Below, in pieces: positions 37,041 through 53,790 of a DNA stretch of 64,000 nucleotides. The notes beneath the pieces are model-generated. The model was not told the DNA's origin. It was given only the letters and a program-made list of their open reading frames with translations, and did no database searches. The DNA comes from the human T2T-CHM13v2.0 reference genome, Homo sapiens: NCBI RefSeq assembly GCF_009914755.1, contig NC_060932.1; one strand, written 5' to 3'. The translations under genes were made by a program, and so were the position numbers. Every line of letters starts with the position of its first letter. Positions within the stretch are counted from its first letter, which is position 1.

Positions 37041-37114
37041 TTGTTGGGCTACTCAGTGCAGCTTTTGTCAGAATGTGTATTACTTAGGCAACTACCCAGG
37101 ATCCATAACACCAT

Positions 37115-37300
37115 AACACCAGCTAACATATTGGGAACTCACCCTGTGTGAGACAGTAGTCTAAGTGTTTTATATAGGTTAACTCCTTTAATCTTCATAA
37201 TCACTCTCTGAATTTGGGGTTACTTTTCAGATTGGATAGATATGGAAACAAAGTCTCAAGGAAGTCCTGTAACTTGTACCTAGCTAATAATTATCAAAGC
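37115..37300 (-). mobile_element. MIR
   Basis: gctaacatattggg...ctaagtgttttatatagg..aactcctttaatcttcataa. Confidence 0.65.
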
Positions 37301-37974
37301 CAGGTGGGCAGGCACACTCTCTCACATACACACCCCACTTGAGAATATATTGGTTAGAAGCACTACAGTTTAGTGACCTAACCGGTATGGATGTGGGTGT
37401 TCTTAGGGTCAGTTAAGCAAAAATGAGGCTTTACAAGGCCTTAATTGTCCTTGTATATAATTTGCATTTTATTGAATTGCAATGGTAAGCCATTGAAGAG
37501 TCAAAAACAAGAGAATGACATGATCAGATTCACATTTGGAATAGTGGCAGGTGGACTAGGCAGGGAGACCCAGCATGGTAATCTCCTGTAGTAATTCAGA
37601 TAACGAAAGCATAAATTGAAGCACTCATTTGGGGAAGAGAGGAGAAAAACCAGTAATGGGCTAACTTTGCATTTGCCTGAGAGGCAGTGTCTCAGCACAT
37701 GTATTGAAGCAGAGCGAGTGCTGGAGAGCTTTCTTTCTCCAGCTGTTCCAAATTGGATAACAAAAGGCAATGACTCTTCTGTTTACATGTTTGCTTGTAG
37801 GCATCAGCTATTCCTAAACTGGAAGGCCCCTGATTGGCATCTCCCTGCACTTTGCAACTTTATTGAACTCTTAACCAGCTCACTGTTTCCTTTATACCCT
37901 AAATAAAAATGTTAGACTGGACTATTGTCTTTTTAAAGTTTCAAGGAGAAGCTTTTTATTTGTTTTACTGGTTT

Positions 37975-39999
<2,025 letters not shown>

Positions 40000-40237
40000 C
40001 TGGTTTTATTTCCAAATATGAAAAAAGACAAGCATGTTGAAATGTCAGTGGGAAGAATCCAATTGAAAGAGAGATTGAAATTTATTGGAATGAGAAGGAA
40101 AAAATGATACAACGACATTCCTAAATTAGTGGAGAATTGTATGTCCCTAAAAAAGGCAGAGAGGTTAACATTAGGATGCAGGATATTTCTTCTAACATAA
40201 CCGAAAGTAAGAGGGAAGATCACCACAGATGCAAGTG

Positions 40238-40768
40238 CAGCACTTCCCTCTTATCTGTGGGTGATACATTCCAAGACCCCCAGTGGATGCCTGAAACTAT
40301 ACATAGTACCAAACCCTGTTTATCCTATGTTTTTCCTGCACATACATATCTATGATAAAGTTTAACTTATAAATTAGTCACAGTGAGAGATTAACAGTAA
40401 CTAATAATAACTAATAAGATAGAACAATTATAACAATGAGCCAGCATCATCATAATGCTTGTCCTTTAGGGCCATTATTAAAATAAGGGTTACTTGAACA
40501 CAGCACTGTAGTACAGGAACAGTTGATCTGATCATCAAGATGGCTACTCAGTGAATAATGGGCGGGTCATATATACCACATAGATACACTGGACAAAGGG
40601 ATGATTCACGACCCAGGCTGGATGGAGCTGGAAGGTGTGGGAGACTTCATCACACTACTAAGAATGGCATACAATTTAAAACTTACGGACTCTTTATTTC
40701 TGGAATTTTCCATTTAATATTTTCAAAACCATAGAAAGTAAAACCATGGATGAGAGAGGACAATGGTA
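40238..40768. mobile_element. Tigger3/MER7 (Golem)-type DNA transposon
   Basis: cttatctgtgggtgatacattccaagacccccagtggatgcctgaaac ... aaaaccatggatgagagaggac. Confidence 0.85.
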
Positions 40769-41149
40769 GATTCACAGGTTTTGTTAATAGGTATTTGAAA
40801 CATGCCCATTTGATGATTTTTTCCTCTGTGAACTAAGATGTAAGGCCATCTATTAAGGAATAAGTAGGGCTTACAGGTTTGAGATGGGTGGCAGGAACCT
40901 GCTTATTCTATTTAAATTTTAACTTTTAGCCTAGTAAATATAAATCAAAATCTAGAAAAATACTTACAAATAATGGTGAAATATAAAGATTTCTAAAATT
41001 TAAGACTGGAGGCATAAAAACACAATGTAAATTCAGGCCACAAGGACTGAACCTCAAATTTGGCTCTAAACTTCTTGGCAGCCCAAAAAAGAGGTAGATT
41101 CAGTTACTAATAAATCGCTTAAGAGTTTACTAATTTTTGGAATGTAGCT

Positions 41150-41905
41150 CTTTTAAAATTTTTAATATTAGAATGGTCTTAGATTTACAGAAAAGTTATG
41201 GAAATGGTATAGAAAGTTGCCTTATATACTGTACCCAGTTTCCCTTCTTGTCAACATTCTACAATAATATGGTACATTTTCACAACTAATGAACCAACAG
41301 TGATACATTATTATTAATTGCAGTTCATATTTTATTTGCATGTTCTCAATTTTTGCTAAAGACACTTTACTAACATCCTTTTTCTGTTCCAGGATCATCC
41401 TGGATACCACATTACGTTTGGTTATGTCTCCATAGGTTCCTCTAGAATACGACAGTTTCTCATAGTTTCCTTGGTGTTTTTTTTTTTTTTTTTTTTTTGA
41501 GACAGAGTCTTGCTCTGTCGCCCAGGCTGGAGTGTGCAGTGGCATGATCCCAGCTCACTGCAAGCTCCGCCTCCCGGGTTCACGCCATTCTCCTGCCTCA
41601 GCCTCCTGAGTAGCTGGGACTACAGGCGCCTGCCACTGCGCCCGGCTAATTTTTTTTTGTATTTTTAGTAGAGATGGGGTTTCACAGTGGTCTCGATCTC
41701 CTGACCTAGTGATCCACCCGCCTCGGCCCCCCAAAGTGCTGGGATTACAGGTTCCTTGGTTTTGATGAGCTTGACGGTTTTTAGCAGTACTGCTCAGATA
41801 TTTTGTAGAATGTCTTTTAATTTGGATTTGTCTGATGTTAAGGGAGGAGTATCTACATAAATCACATGGAATTCTTCTGTTCAAGGGATTTGTCTATTCT
41901 CCTTC
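41150..41905 (-). mobile_element. L1MC-type 3' UTR interrupted by an Alu
   Basis: ttagatttacagaaaagtt, ttttctgttccaggatc, agtactgctcagatattttgtagaatgtc. Confidence 0.75.
41476..41751 (-). mobile_element. AluY carrying the 12-bp left-arm deletion (Yd lineage), slightly 5'-truncated
   Basis: gggtttcacagtggtctcgatctcc lacks 12 nt; TSD TTCCTTGGT at 41467 and 41752. Confidence 0.9.
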
Positions 41906-42727
41906 ATATAGGATACGTGTTATAAATAAAACATTTTATTGAAAGATGTGTCTTTAACTCTCAAAAACATTTAAAAATCGGTTAATAGTACAGATTGCAA
42001 CTGTAATTAATTCCTTCTATGCCAGGCATTTCTAAGTCTTTCAGAGCTTTAGTCTTTTCATTTGCAATATGTGAGATTTGCACTATGTTATTTGGCCTTC
42101 ACCTCCCTTACTAGTCTTTCATTAGTGATGTTGATGACCTGAGGGAAAACCCATGACTGACCTCCAGTGGTAATATGTGCTGTGGTCCAAGAAATAAATG
42201 CCTATTTGTTGACTTGAGATGAGTTGGAGCAACTAGGTAGTTAAGAAAAAGTAGCACAGATAGACTGCTTCTAATTGTTGATAGTTCATGAAAAGTTTCA
42301 ATTGTCTATGAAACGACTAGAGAAGTTTCTTTCTAGAAGTAACCCATAAATGTCTCTTTCTTCTAATTTTGTGAAATTTGAGCCATTTGGTAAAAAAAAA
42401 TGAGTCTAAACACTCTATTCTTCAATCTATAGATAACTCTAATCCTAGATATAATCATTTCATAAATGTTTCTCCTGCTTAATTTATCTCCTCAACATTT
42501 TAGAAGAGTTTTGGCAGTCATTAATTTTAGTTCTAAAATATTTTCTGAAATTAACTTCCCATCATTCTAGTTTTTTCCTCAGGCATCTCTCTTTTCATGG
42601 AGCCATATTCACATAAATTCTAAGATCTTTCCCTTTCAATAGCCTTGGAAGATATTTGTGAATCTTTGGAATGTGGGTGTCTCTCTATCTGTGATAATTC
42701 CTCTAATATTGCTTTTAGCATTCTCCA

Positions 42728-43222
<495 letters not shown>

Positions 43223-43393
43223 ACAGCCTCAGGTGAAAACTGACATTACTATTATATTCGTGTTCTCTTGCTGCTATAGAAATTATCACAAACTTAGTGG
43301 TTTGGAACAGCACAAATTTATCTTTCAGTTCTTTCAGCAGTCTGACACAGATGTCTCACTGGACTGGAATCTGGATATCAAGCCAGATGTCAG

Positions 43394-43527
43394 TCCCATG
43401 TGCTCTGGAGGCTAAGGCTGAAGGATCACTTAAGCTCAGGAATTCAAGAGCAGCCCAGACAACATAGCAAGACTCAGTTTCAAAAAAAAAAAAAAAAAGA
43501 AAAAAGAAAAAGAAAAAGAAAAAAAAG
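43394..43527 (+). mobile_element. FLAM monomer
   Basis: ggaggctaaggctgaaggatcacttaagctcaggaattcaag; A/GAAAA tail; AGATGTCAG duplicated on both sides. Confidence 0.8.
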
Positions 43528-43589
43528 ATGTCAGCATGGCTTTGTTTGCTTCAGGAGGGCCATAGGGGAGAATCCATTTCCTTGCCTTT

Positions 43590-43787
43590 TGTTTTCTTTT
43601 TCTTTTTCTTTTTTTTTTTTTTTTTTTTGAGACGGAGTTTCACTCTTGTTTCCCAGGCTGGAGTGCAGTGACGTGATCTCAGCCACTGCAACCTCCGCCT
43701 CCCAGATTCAAGCGATTCTCCTGCCTCATCCTCCGAAGTAGTGGGATTACAGGCATGCGCAATCACGCCCAGCTAATTTTGTATTTT
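43590..43787 (-). mobile_element. Alu right arm only (Sp/Sq-like)
   Basis: gagacggagtttcactcttgtt...ctaattttgtatttt, then LTR sequence resumes. Confidence 0.9.
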
Positions 43788-44052
43788 CTAGAGGCTTCCT
43801 GCATTGTATGGCTTATGGTATTCTTCCTTCATCTTCGATGCCAACAGTGGCAGGTCAGGTTCCTATATTGTATTAAATATGTCTCTGACTGCTCTTCCAT
43901 CATTACATGTCTCTTTAAGCACAGGAAGGAACAGTTCTCAGCTTTTAAAGACTTGTGGTTAGATTGGACCTACTTGGATAATTAAGGATAATCTCCCCAT
44001 TTCAAGATCTATAACCTTAATCACTCTGCAGAGTTCCTGCTGCCATGTAACC

Positions 44053-44128
44053 AACAAACCTTCAATTTGTAAAAAACACAGTATCTGTGAAGCACAATAA
44101 AGCCAAATGCAATAAAAAGAGGCCTGTT
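44053..44128. mobile_element. Tigger1 terminal fragment
   Basis: aatttgtaaaaaacacagtatctgtgaagcacaataaagccaaatgcaataaaa. Confidence 0.7.
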
Positions 44129-45132
44129 TATGTTAGTAAAAATGAAAGAGAAAGTATATAACCTTCCCTCTTTTCCAAGAGAACATTAAACAAAATTATA
44201 AAATCTTTGTGAATACCCAACATTGTAACTATTTCCGGAGCTCCTTGATGAAAATTGTTTCATTTCATTGGTCTAGAGAGATAATCTGGATAGATGGAGC
44301 CCAAGATTAATGACCAATGGTAGTTTATCTTATGCATCTAAGATACCATGTGTATTTTAAAAGAAAACTTTAGTCTCTTAACTCCTCTCCCACACGTAAG
44401 AAATGTGGTAGTTTCATACACTGTTGGGCCTAGACCTGTTTCAGATTGTCCCAGGTATTTCCCTCACTCCCATTACCCTATGATTCTTTTCAGTTAAGTG
44501 TCTTTAAGAGATGGAAGCTCAAAAGTTAATAAGAGAAAGTCTATTGAATTATATATAGGTCTAGTAGCAGGTCATATACAATTTGTATTATCGATTTTCT
44601 CACATAAAAGAACTCTAGAACAATGGTTCTCAAATTGTTTAGTTTCAGAATTCCTTTACAGTCTAAAAACTTGAGGACCACAGGGAACTTTTATTTATGT
44701 GGGTTGGCTATAACTCATTACTGTTTATTAGCTATAACCTAATATTTACCATATAAAAATTAAAATGGGACATTTAAAAATATTAATTCATTTAATAAAT
44801 ATTAATAAAAATGCCTTAGATGTAAACATAAATAACAGTCATATTTCCAAATTATAACAATTATATTTTTCAAAACAAAAACAATCACTGGCATTTTCTC
44901 AAATTTGTGTGAATTTCTTTAATGTATGCCTTAATGAAAGACAGCTAGATTCCTTTATTTGCTTCAGTCTGTTGCAATATTTGTTTTGGTTGAAGCATAT
45001 GGAGAAAATACAACCTTACATAGATATGTAGTTAGAAGAGAGAGTATTTTAATAACCTTAAAGATAATTGTGGATATTCTTCCTTGATAATGCATTAAAA
45101 CTCAACCAGTGGTAGTATATTTTTTAATCTAC

Positions 45133-45424
45133 TTTTTTTTTTTTTTTGAGACAGGGTTTCACTTTGTTGCCCAGGCTGGAGTGCAGTGGTATGATCGTGG
45201 CTCACTGTAACTTCGATCACCCATGCTCAAGCCATCCTCCTACCTCAGCATCCCTAGTAACTGGGACCACAGAGACATGCCACCATGCCCAGCTAATTTT
45301 TTTTTTTTGTAGTGACAGAGTCTTACTCTCTTGCTCAGTCTAGTCTTGAACTCCTGGGCTCAAGTGATTCTCCTGCCTCCTCCCAAAGTGCTAGAATTAT
45401 GGGGGTAAGCCACTGCATCTGGCC
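45133..45424 (-). mobile_element. AluJ
   Basis: gagacagggtttcact...ctcctgggctcaagtgat. Confidence 0.92.
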
Positions 45425-45444
45425 TATCCACATTATTGACTGAA

Positions 45445-46050
45445 TTTGTTAAACAGCTTTGTTGAAATACAATTCACACATCATACAATGTGCACATTTA
45501 AAATGTACAGCTGTATGACCTTTATTATATTCAAAGTTATTTAGTCATCACCACAATTTTGGAATAATTTTAACAACACATTCAATTTTATAATTTTTTT
45601 CACACCAAAAAGAAACCTCATAACTACCCCCAATTTCCCCATCTCCTCCACTGCTAGGCAACCACTAACATACCTTGTTTCTCTATCTATTTGCCTATTC
45701 TGGGCATTTGATGTAAATGGGGTCATATAATATGTGGTCCTTTGTGGCTGGCTTCATTCACCTAGTGTAATGTCTATATTATTCCTCTACGTTTTAGCCT
45801 GTATCAGTATTTACTTTTATTGTTGAGTAATATTTTATTGTATAGATATATACCATAGGTGTTTTTTAAAAATATATATATATTTATTAGGTGATGGACT
45901 TTTGGGTTGTTTCCACCTTTTGGCTATTATGAATAGAGTTGCTATGAACATTCATGTGCATGTTTTTGTGTAGACATGTGATTTCATTTGCCGTAGGAAT
46001 ATACTTAGAAATAAAATTGCTAGATCACATGGGAAGTCCTTGTTTAACCA
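45445..46050 (-). mobile_element. L1MB 3' end
   Basis: aacagctttgttgaaatacaattcacacatcatacaat...gctatgaacattcatgtgcatgtttttgtgtagacat. Confidence 0.85.
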
Positions 46051-47166
46051 TGGTAGTTTCTTAAAGGTTAGTTGCAAAGTGAAATCGGAAACCATGACAA
46101 CAGACTTTTCTTATTCTGTTATGTTATAGTTCATTGGTTTCTCTTGACTTAGAATGAATCTTTCACCCATGCACGATTTTGTAACATTATATATTAGTCA
46201 TAATAGTCATTTGGAAAATATTTGTTTAGTTAGTTATGCAGATCTTCCAAAAGTTTATACATTTTATTACACAATATCAAAATTCACATTGGTTAATATT
46301 ACCACTGATTTCATCAGAAAAACCTAAATATTGGGAATTTTATCAGGTTCATAATGACTCATTTTAGTTTTCAAAAATGCTAATTTTTGCTTAAAAGCTT
46401 AAATTTTATCATTGGCAACAAACGCTATCTATAGTTTTCCTTGAAGTAACAGGCCCGCTTTGTTCATTGTAGAGAAAATGTTTGTGAAGTACCCAATTTG
46501 GAGGAACTGTAGTTTTGTCAGTTCCTCAAACAAAAATGCTTTTCCATAAAGAAATCAGTTAGTACAGCTTGCAGTTTAGTTGCACATCTGCTTTTCCTTG
46601 AGGCTATCATTTTGTGGTATGCAGCAAAAATGTCTTATGTGTACTTCCTATTTCATTGAACTGAATATTAAAAAGATGTTTATTAATGGGTCAGGATTTA
46701 ATAAGATGAATAATTTTTGCTGTTTCATTAAGAACATCCTTAAATGAAACTTACTTAGTTTGCTTCTTACCGCAAGTGTATGGTCAGAAGGATTCAGCAA
46801 GAAATAGCTGTTTTCATGCTACTGCCTGGATTCATGCTAAGGCACTCAGTATTGCTCTTGCACCATCAGTGCACATGTCAACAGGGTGAAAAACACAAGC
46901 AGTGCCTTAGAATTATTATGAAATTAGTTTTGATGTTAAACGGTCCTTAATAGGGTCTCTGGGACCTCGGGGGATCTGTGGACCATGCTTTCACAAATGC
47001 TCCTCTCACACACCCAACTTTCTGTCCCTGTTTCTTTTTTTCTAAAACTAATATTTCCAGAAATGTTAAGATTAATGGAAAGTCATTTGTCATTTTGAGT
47101 AGAAACAAATATATTTTTGTTATCTTGGAATATGCTGTTGTTTTGATCATATTTCTCCTGTTTAAT

Positions 47167-47725
47167 TCCTCAAGGATCTAGAACCAGAAATACCATTTGA
47201 CCCACCAATCCCATTACTGGGCATATACCCAAAGGATTATAAATCATCCTACTATAAAGACACATGCACACATATGTTCATTGCAGCACTATTCACAATA
47301 GCAAAGACTTGGAACCAACCCAAATGCCCATCAATGATAGACCTGATAAAGAAAACGTGGCACATGTACACCATGGAATACTACGCAGTCATAAAAAATG
47401 AGTTCATGTCCTTTGCGGGGACATGGATGAAGCTGGAAACCATCATTCTCAGCAAACTAACACAGGAACAGAAAACCAGACACTGCACGTTCTCAGTCAT
47501 AAGTGGGAGTTGAACAATGAGAACACATGGACTCGGGGAGGGGAACATCACACACCAGGGCCTGTCAGGGGGTGGGGGGCTAGGGGAGGGATAGCATTAG
47601 GAGAAATACCTAATGTAGATGATGGGTTGATGGGTGCAGCAAACCACCATGTCACATGTATACCTATATAACAAACCTGCACGTTCTGCACATGTATCCC
47701 AGAACTTAAAGTATAATAAAAAAAA
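47167..47725 (+). mobile_element. L1PA7-like 3' fragment (sense to gene)
   Basis: ttcctcaaggatctagaaccagaaatacc...cccagaacttaaagtataataaaaaaaa. Confidence 0.95.
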
Positions 47726-48889
47726 GTTTCATGATCTAAAGAAATTCAGAAAATAAACAATATTAAAATGAGGAAACATTGGAAATTAGTTTTTTACTTA
47801 TTTGCCTAATATTGAGTAGTGAATTTTCTTATTCTAATCTGGAAACCAAGACTTTTATCAGCTATTTTACTAGAAAATCTATGTGAGATATTGTAACTTA
47901 GAAAAAGTCCAAAGCAAGGCTTAATTTGTCTGTCATATTGAATAATCTTCAAATAATCTTTTAGTCTTCAAAAATGGTTATAGAAAAACTGTTAGATTTG
48001 AGAAATTGGATATGAATTATGCTGACATTCTAACATTCTCAAGTTAAATTCCCCTAAGCAGTGTTTTATGGGAAATGAATTCATTTGAACAACTTAAAGA
48101 AATATTTTAAGAATGAGATGTGCCTTTAGTTATAAAACCTCTTACTGCTGCAAACATATGTAAGAATTTTGCAGTAGGTTGAATGAATTAGCTATATAAA
48201 AGTCTGCAAGTAAACTTCCTTCCTATAGAAAATATAACAGACAGGAAATAAATTAAGTAGAGATATTTAGCTGGTTGAAATCAGATTCATTTTTGTCAGT
48301 GCTTTATTTGTGATATATTTTTGATAGGAATTTTCAGAAGACTTAAAGTACATATTTATACTTTTGTACTTTAAAATAATCACATTATTAATAGTGATGA
48401 AAATAGCAATAGATAATACTTATTGACTGCTTGCCAAGTACTACCTGTTTTTTTTATATGCATTATCTCATTATCTCATTTAATTCTCAAATAGCTAAAT
48501 GAGGACTGTTCTTACCGGGAACAAATAAACCAAAAAACATACAAACAAAAAAAAACTCAAAGCTTTGGATGTGGCAATCATTGACATACTTATTTGTTAT
48601 GGGAGTAATTTCACTACCCTAAAACAGCATTTTTACACTCTAAGCAGTCTTCTGTTTGATAACAAGGATTGTTTTGTGGTAGATGTTTTGCTTTTTGCTC
48701 TCTTTTAACACTAGTAAAATAGACTGGAAAGTCTTTTAGCCTTTCTATAAACTTTAAAACATTGTTTTCTTTCCAGAAATACTGTTCTGATAGACTGGGT
48801 TTGATTGAATTTTTCTGTAAAGAAATACAGATAAAGGATAAGATGTGATATCTAAAAATTTTAGGACTCTGAGGACTAAAAATGATAAA

Positions 48890-49350
48890 GATGAAAATGA
48901 TGACATTTATTGTATACTTATTATTAGCTAAGTATGGTAAATACTGAGTATTAGCCCTCTCTATAACTCCATGAAATATAGGTACTATTCTTATTCCCAC
49001 TTTTCAAAAGGGGGAACTGAGACACAGAAAATTTTAAGTTATTTTCCAAAGGTCCTGTTATTGGTAAGTGATACAGCCATGATTTCAACCCAGATTTTAT
49101 GTCTAAAGTACGGCTGTGTTTCTGCCATTAGACTAGCAATCTGGATTCCTAATCCTGGCTTTAGAGACTGTGTTCTTGTGCAACTTTCCTAAACTCTTTA
49201 AACTTCACTCTCCTCATCTATCAAATGAGAATAAGAGTAGCAGTGCTTAACGTTATGAGCATCACAGATCCCTGTGGGGTGTGTTGTGAGAATAAAAAAG
49301 AAAGTAAAAGTATTCAGCACAATTCTTGGTACACAAAAGTACTCAGTAAA
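48890..49350. mobile_element. Two adjacent MIRs in opposite orientation
   Basis: cccacttttcaaagggggaactgagacacaga (minus); aacttcactctcctcatctatcaaatgagaataag (plus). Confidence 0.7.
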
Positions 49351-50763
49351 TGGAAATATCTATGGTGGTGAAATAAAGTCTCTCTTATTAAGTGTATTTC
49401 CAGCCATGTGGTCCTTACTACTATGCCACAATACTAAATATTCTGCTGACTTCCTGCCTTCTATTTTAAGCCAGTCTAATATACACAGCAGCCAGAGTAA
49501 CTATCCTAAGGTTTATTTAGGGTCATTTCAGTCCTTTCTTCAAAAACCTTCATTGCTTCCCTTTGCCTGCTGAACTAAATAAGAACTCAGCCTGCTACTG
49601 AAGCCTCCAATTTATCTTTCTTGCTTTATTCTTTCTCACAGAAACCTGTGTAGTTCTCATTTGGAGTGGGAATACAGTTGTTTGGAAATGTTTTAGAACG
49701 TCAGCATTACTAAAGGTCTACACTCAGCATTTAGAGGATTAGGACCAGGGACACTCCATATTATTCTGTGAGTGTGACAATCTCAGACATGAATAGTCTC
49801 AGACAAATGTGGATAGTCAACTTTTTCCACTTCCTACTCTGACCCCCCTCCCTATTTTCCTACTATCATTCCTTTACTCCTGCTATCTATTTGACTATTT
49901 CTATCTCTCTTTCTAATTCTGTGGCAGCTGTCATCTTATGTAGCCTTCAAGGCCAAGCTTAAATGATCATTTGTATTTCTGGATTCCTCCAGTTTCTATG
50001 TGAAACCACCCTTGTATCTTTTTTAAAAAAATCTTAGATAGCTTTACCCTTTATACTTGTTTATAATTATAATTATTTTTCATGAAGAAGACAATTGACT
50101 ACCATGAAATCTTTTTTAAAGACAAGTTCAAAGTCTGATTCATCTTTAGTGTCTCAAAATGTGACTATGTTGTTATACCTTTTAGGTCTTTCTGGAGGGT
50201 AGACAGCCTGTTTTACATTCTTTGGGCATAAATACTCTGCCTTATGTATCTCAGCATTGCTGATGCCTCACATAGTACCAGGCCAGTGACCAATGATAAA
50301 TTCTTGTTTTCTAAATCAATTCCTGTAAGTAGACTGAAAGTTTCTTGAAGGCAGTTAAAACAATATTTATTATTTGGTGGTTCACCTATCAACATTCTTA
50401 TTTGCCCATCTATCCATTCACCTGTCCCTTACTTCATTCAGAAAGACTATGAAAGAGCTGGCAAGAGCAGCGACTATACTTCCCTGTGTATATGAAACAA
50501 TAGATAGCACGATTTCTTTTATTTACTAGGTGCTTAATATGTTTTGTTGTGTGGACTTGTTAGTAGCCTGGAGCATAAAGGAAAGGTGAAAATGTTTTCA
50601 TTTCTTCTGTTGTTCAGTGGTAAATTACCATAAATGTCAAAGCACCCGGGACCTGAATGACAGGTTATAGAAATGTAAAATTGGATAAATATGGTTTCTT
50701 TTAACGTGGTGACATGCTATCAACAATATATATACTCTGAACAGACCATTTAAAAATAGAAGA

Positions 50764-51051
50764 AGAAGAAGAAGTCTTGCTATGTTACCCAGGCTGCAGT
50801 ACAGTGACTATTCATAGGCGCAGTCCCATTACTGCTCAGCACAGGAGTTTTGACCTGCTCCATTTCCAACCTGGGCTGGTCACTCCCTCCTTAGGCAACC
50901 TGTTGGTCTCCTGATTCCAGGAGGTCACCATATTGATGCTGAACTTAGTGTAGACACCCAACTGGCATAGTGCACTACAGCCCAGAACTCCTGGGCTCAA
51001 GCCATCCTCCTGCCTTAGCTTCCCAAGTACCTAGACTACAGACGCACACCA
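50764..51051 (-). pseudogene. 7SL (SRP RNA) retropseudogene, near full length
   Basis: Contains the S-domain that Alu lacks: ggagttttgacctgctcc, ccttaggcaacctg, ggaggtcaccatattgatgctgaacttagtg; many CpG decays. Confidence 0.95.
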
Positions 51052-51209
51052 TAGGAACCTCTTAGTACTTGTCTAGTTTATACCCCTCAGTTAAATAAAC
51101 AATAAGAAATTAAATGACAAATTCAAGGGCAAACACAGATTTACATTCAGAGATTACTGGCAGATTATGTAGGCTACTGTGATTTCACTAGAGAAAAATA
51201 ACTCCCTAA

Positions 51210-51560
<351 letters not shown>

Positions 51561-51818
51561 TAAATTACAATTATTTTAAAAGTGTTTCAGTATAAGAAGG
51601 AAGTCTAGGATTATTTTAACCTGAGTATTTCATGGGATTTAGGCTTAATCCGGGTCATTTAGAAATAGTCCTACGTTATTTAATGATTTAAAACAGAACT
51701 TTATGCTTTCATTATTTGGATTAAATAAACTTCTATTATTTTTTCTTATCCTGAAGCAATAATCTAGAGAAAAAAGCAGATGCCTTTACCAAGTTTCATG
51801 TTAAAAAATTTACTTGCC

Positions 51819-52123
<305 letters not shown>

Positions 52124-52239
52124 ATTTACTTGCCAAAATAAGTACCAGGAAGTTTTCATGTCTTCTAAAATTTGCCTTTGTTTCAATGTAATAATTACTC
52201 ATGTGTTATTATTATAAGTAATATTATTAGCCGTCTTCT

Positions 52240-52500
52240 AAATGAGGTAGTACAGTATAGTGCAAAAACCATAGAATGGTCAGAAAAGCTGTTTTCTAAT
52301 CCTGGCGCTACCACTTACTGGCTTTGAAAGACAGCAAATTCTGTGATTCCTCTGAGCCTGTTTCCCAGTCTATAAATTTGGGATAGTACTCCTTAATCCT
52401 TAATCTTATTGTGAGGCCTTGCTGAAATTATGCTCATTGAAAACAAACACTTAAGCTTGGCATTTAGTAGACACTCCTCAAAAGTTGTAGTAGTTATCAC
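52240..52500 (+). mobile_element. MIR
   Basis: ttctaatcctggcgctaccacttactggct...ctctgagcctgtttccc. Confidence 0.7.
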
Positions 52501-52939
52501 TGCTAGAATCTGCTACCATAGATTAATTTGTAAGTTTTTAAAAACTCTTTATTCCCTTGATAAGGAAAAGTGTATGCTTAAATATGTTTTGGCAGTTTAT
52601 AATGGATCACTGTCTAGATTTCTTTTGGATTCTCCATTAATCTGAACTAAAAATCAGATAAATTTCTGTAAAATTTGTTTTGCCACACCTGATGGAATCA
52701 TGGTCAAGTCACTTTACCTCTCTGGGCCTGTTTCCTGCTGGCAAGGGGAGTTGTGACGTGTGAATGTTAAAGCCCCTTTCAGTTCGAGAATTCAGTGATT
52801 ATTTTTGGAATATTATTATTATAATGATTCATTCTAAAAGTCCAACTTTCTTTCAAACGTTTATTGTCTTTTTTTATGCGATGCTAGTATATATGTATAT
52901 TATAGGCAATATATACATAGACATAAATATATATATGTA

Positions 52940-53108
52940 GGTAGGTGTTTTCTAAACCTAGTCTATGATGATAATCATCAGGAGTGCTCATTAAAATGAG
53001 TTAAAAATCTCCTCTACAGATTCAGTAGGTCTGGAGAAGGCCCCAGGAATTTGTAGTTTGATGAGCATACCACATGATTATTATTATCACCAAGTTTAAA
53101 ACTGCTGT
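52940..53108. mobile_element. MER5-type hAT MITE
   Basis: gattcagtaggtctggagaaggccccaggaatttgtagttt...caagtttaaaactgctg. Confidence 0.65.
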
Positions 53109-53515
53109 ATTCTTTTACTCTGTTTTAGCTAAAAATTAATTTGGACTTTACCATTTTGGCAGGGAGAGGGAGAAGAAGAGCCTATATCTTGAGATGCTGA
53201 GGTCCAGTCTCTGGACATTTATTTCATGCAACAAATATTTATTGTATGTTTACTATGCCAGATAATAAAGGAATTTACTACCTAGATGGATAATTTTTTA
53301 AAAAAAATCTCACGAGATAATGAGTAATAGATGTATAAAGAAAGGACTGAAGAGCAGAGAGAAGGAAATGATCAGTTCTGCCTATAGGGGTGAAGGAGAG
53401 GTATCTCAAGACGTTTAAGAGGAAGTAACACTTAGGGTGAACTTTGAAAGATAAATAGGCATTTCACCAGCAGAAAATATGGAGAAAGGGAAATGATGTT
53501 AACAAGAAAGTATAA

Positions 53516-53790
<275 letters not shown>

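Larger units (their letters stand above)
43255..44052. mobile_element. MaLR LTR (MLT1C-like) interrupted by two Alu monomers
   Basis: tgctgctatagaaattatcacaaacttagtgg, aggggagaatccatttccttgcctttt, ggataatctccccatttcaagatc. Confidence 0.8.
44621..47001. mobile_element. Charlie1 (hAT) DNA transposon interrupted by L1MB and Alu
   Basis: End caatggttctcaaa preceded by ctctagaa; aaactcaaccagtggtagt|...|tggtagtttcttaaaggttagttgc continuity; far end gggatctgtggaccatgctttcacaaatgct. Confidence 0.82.
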
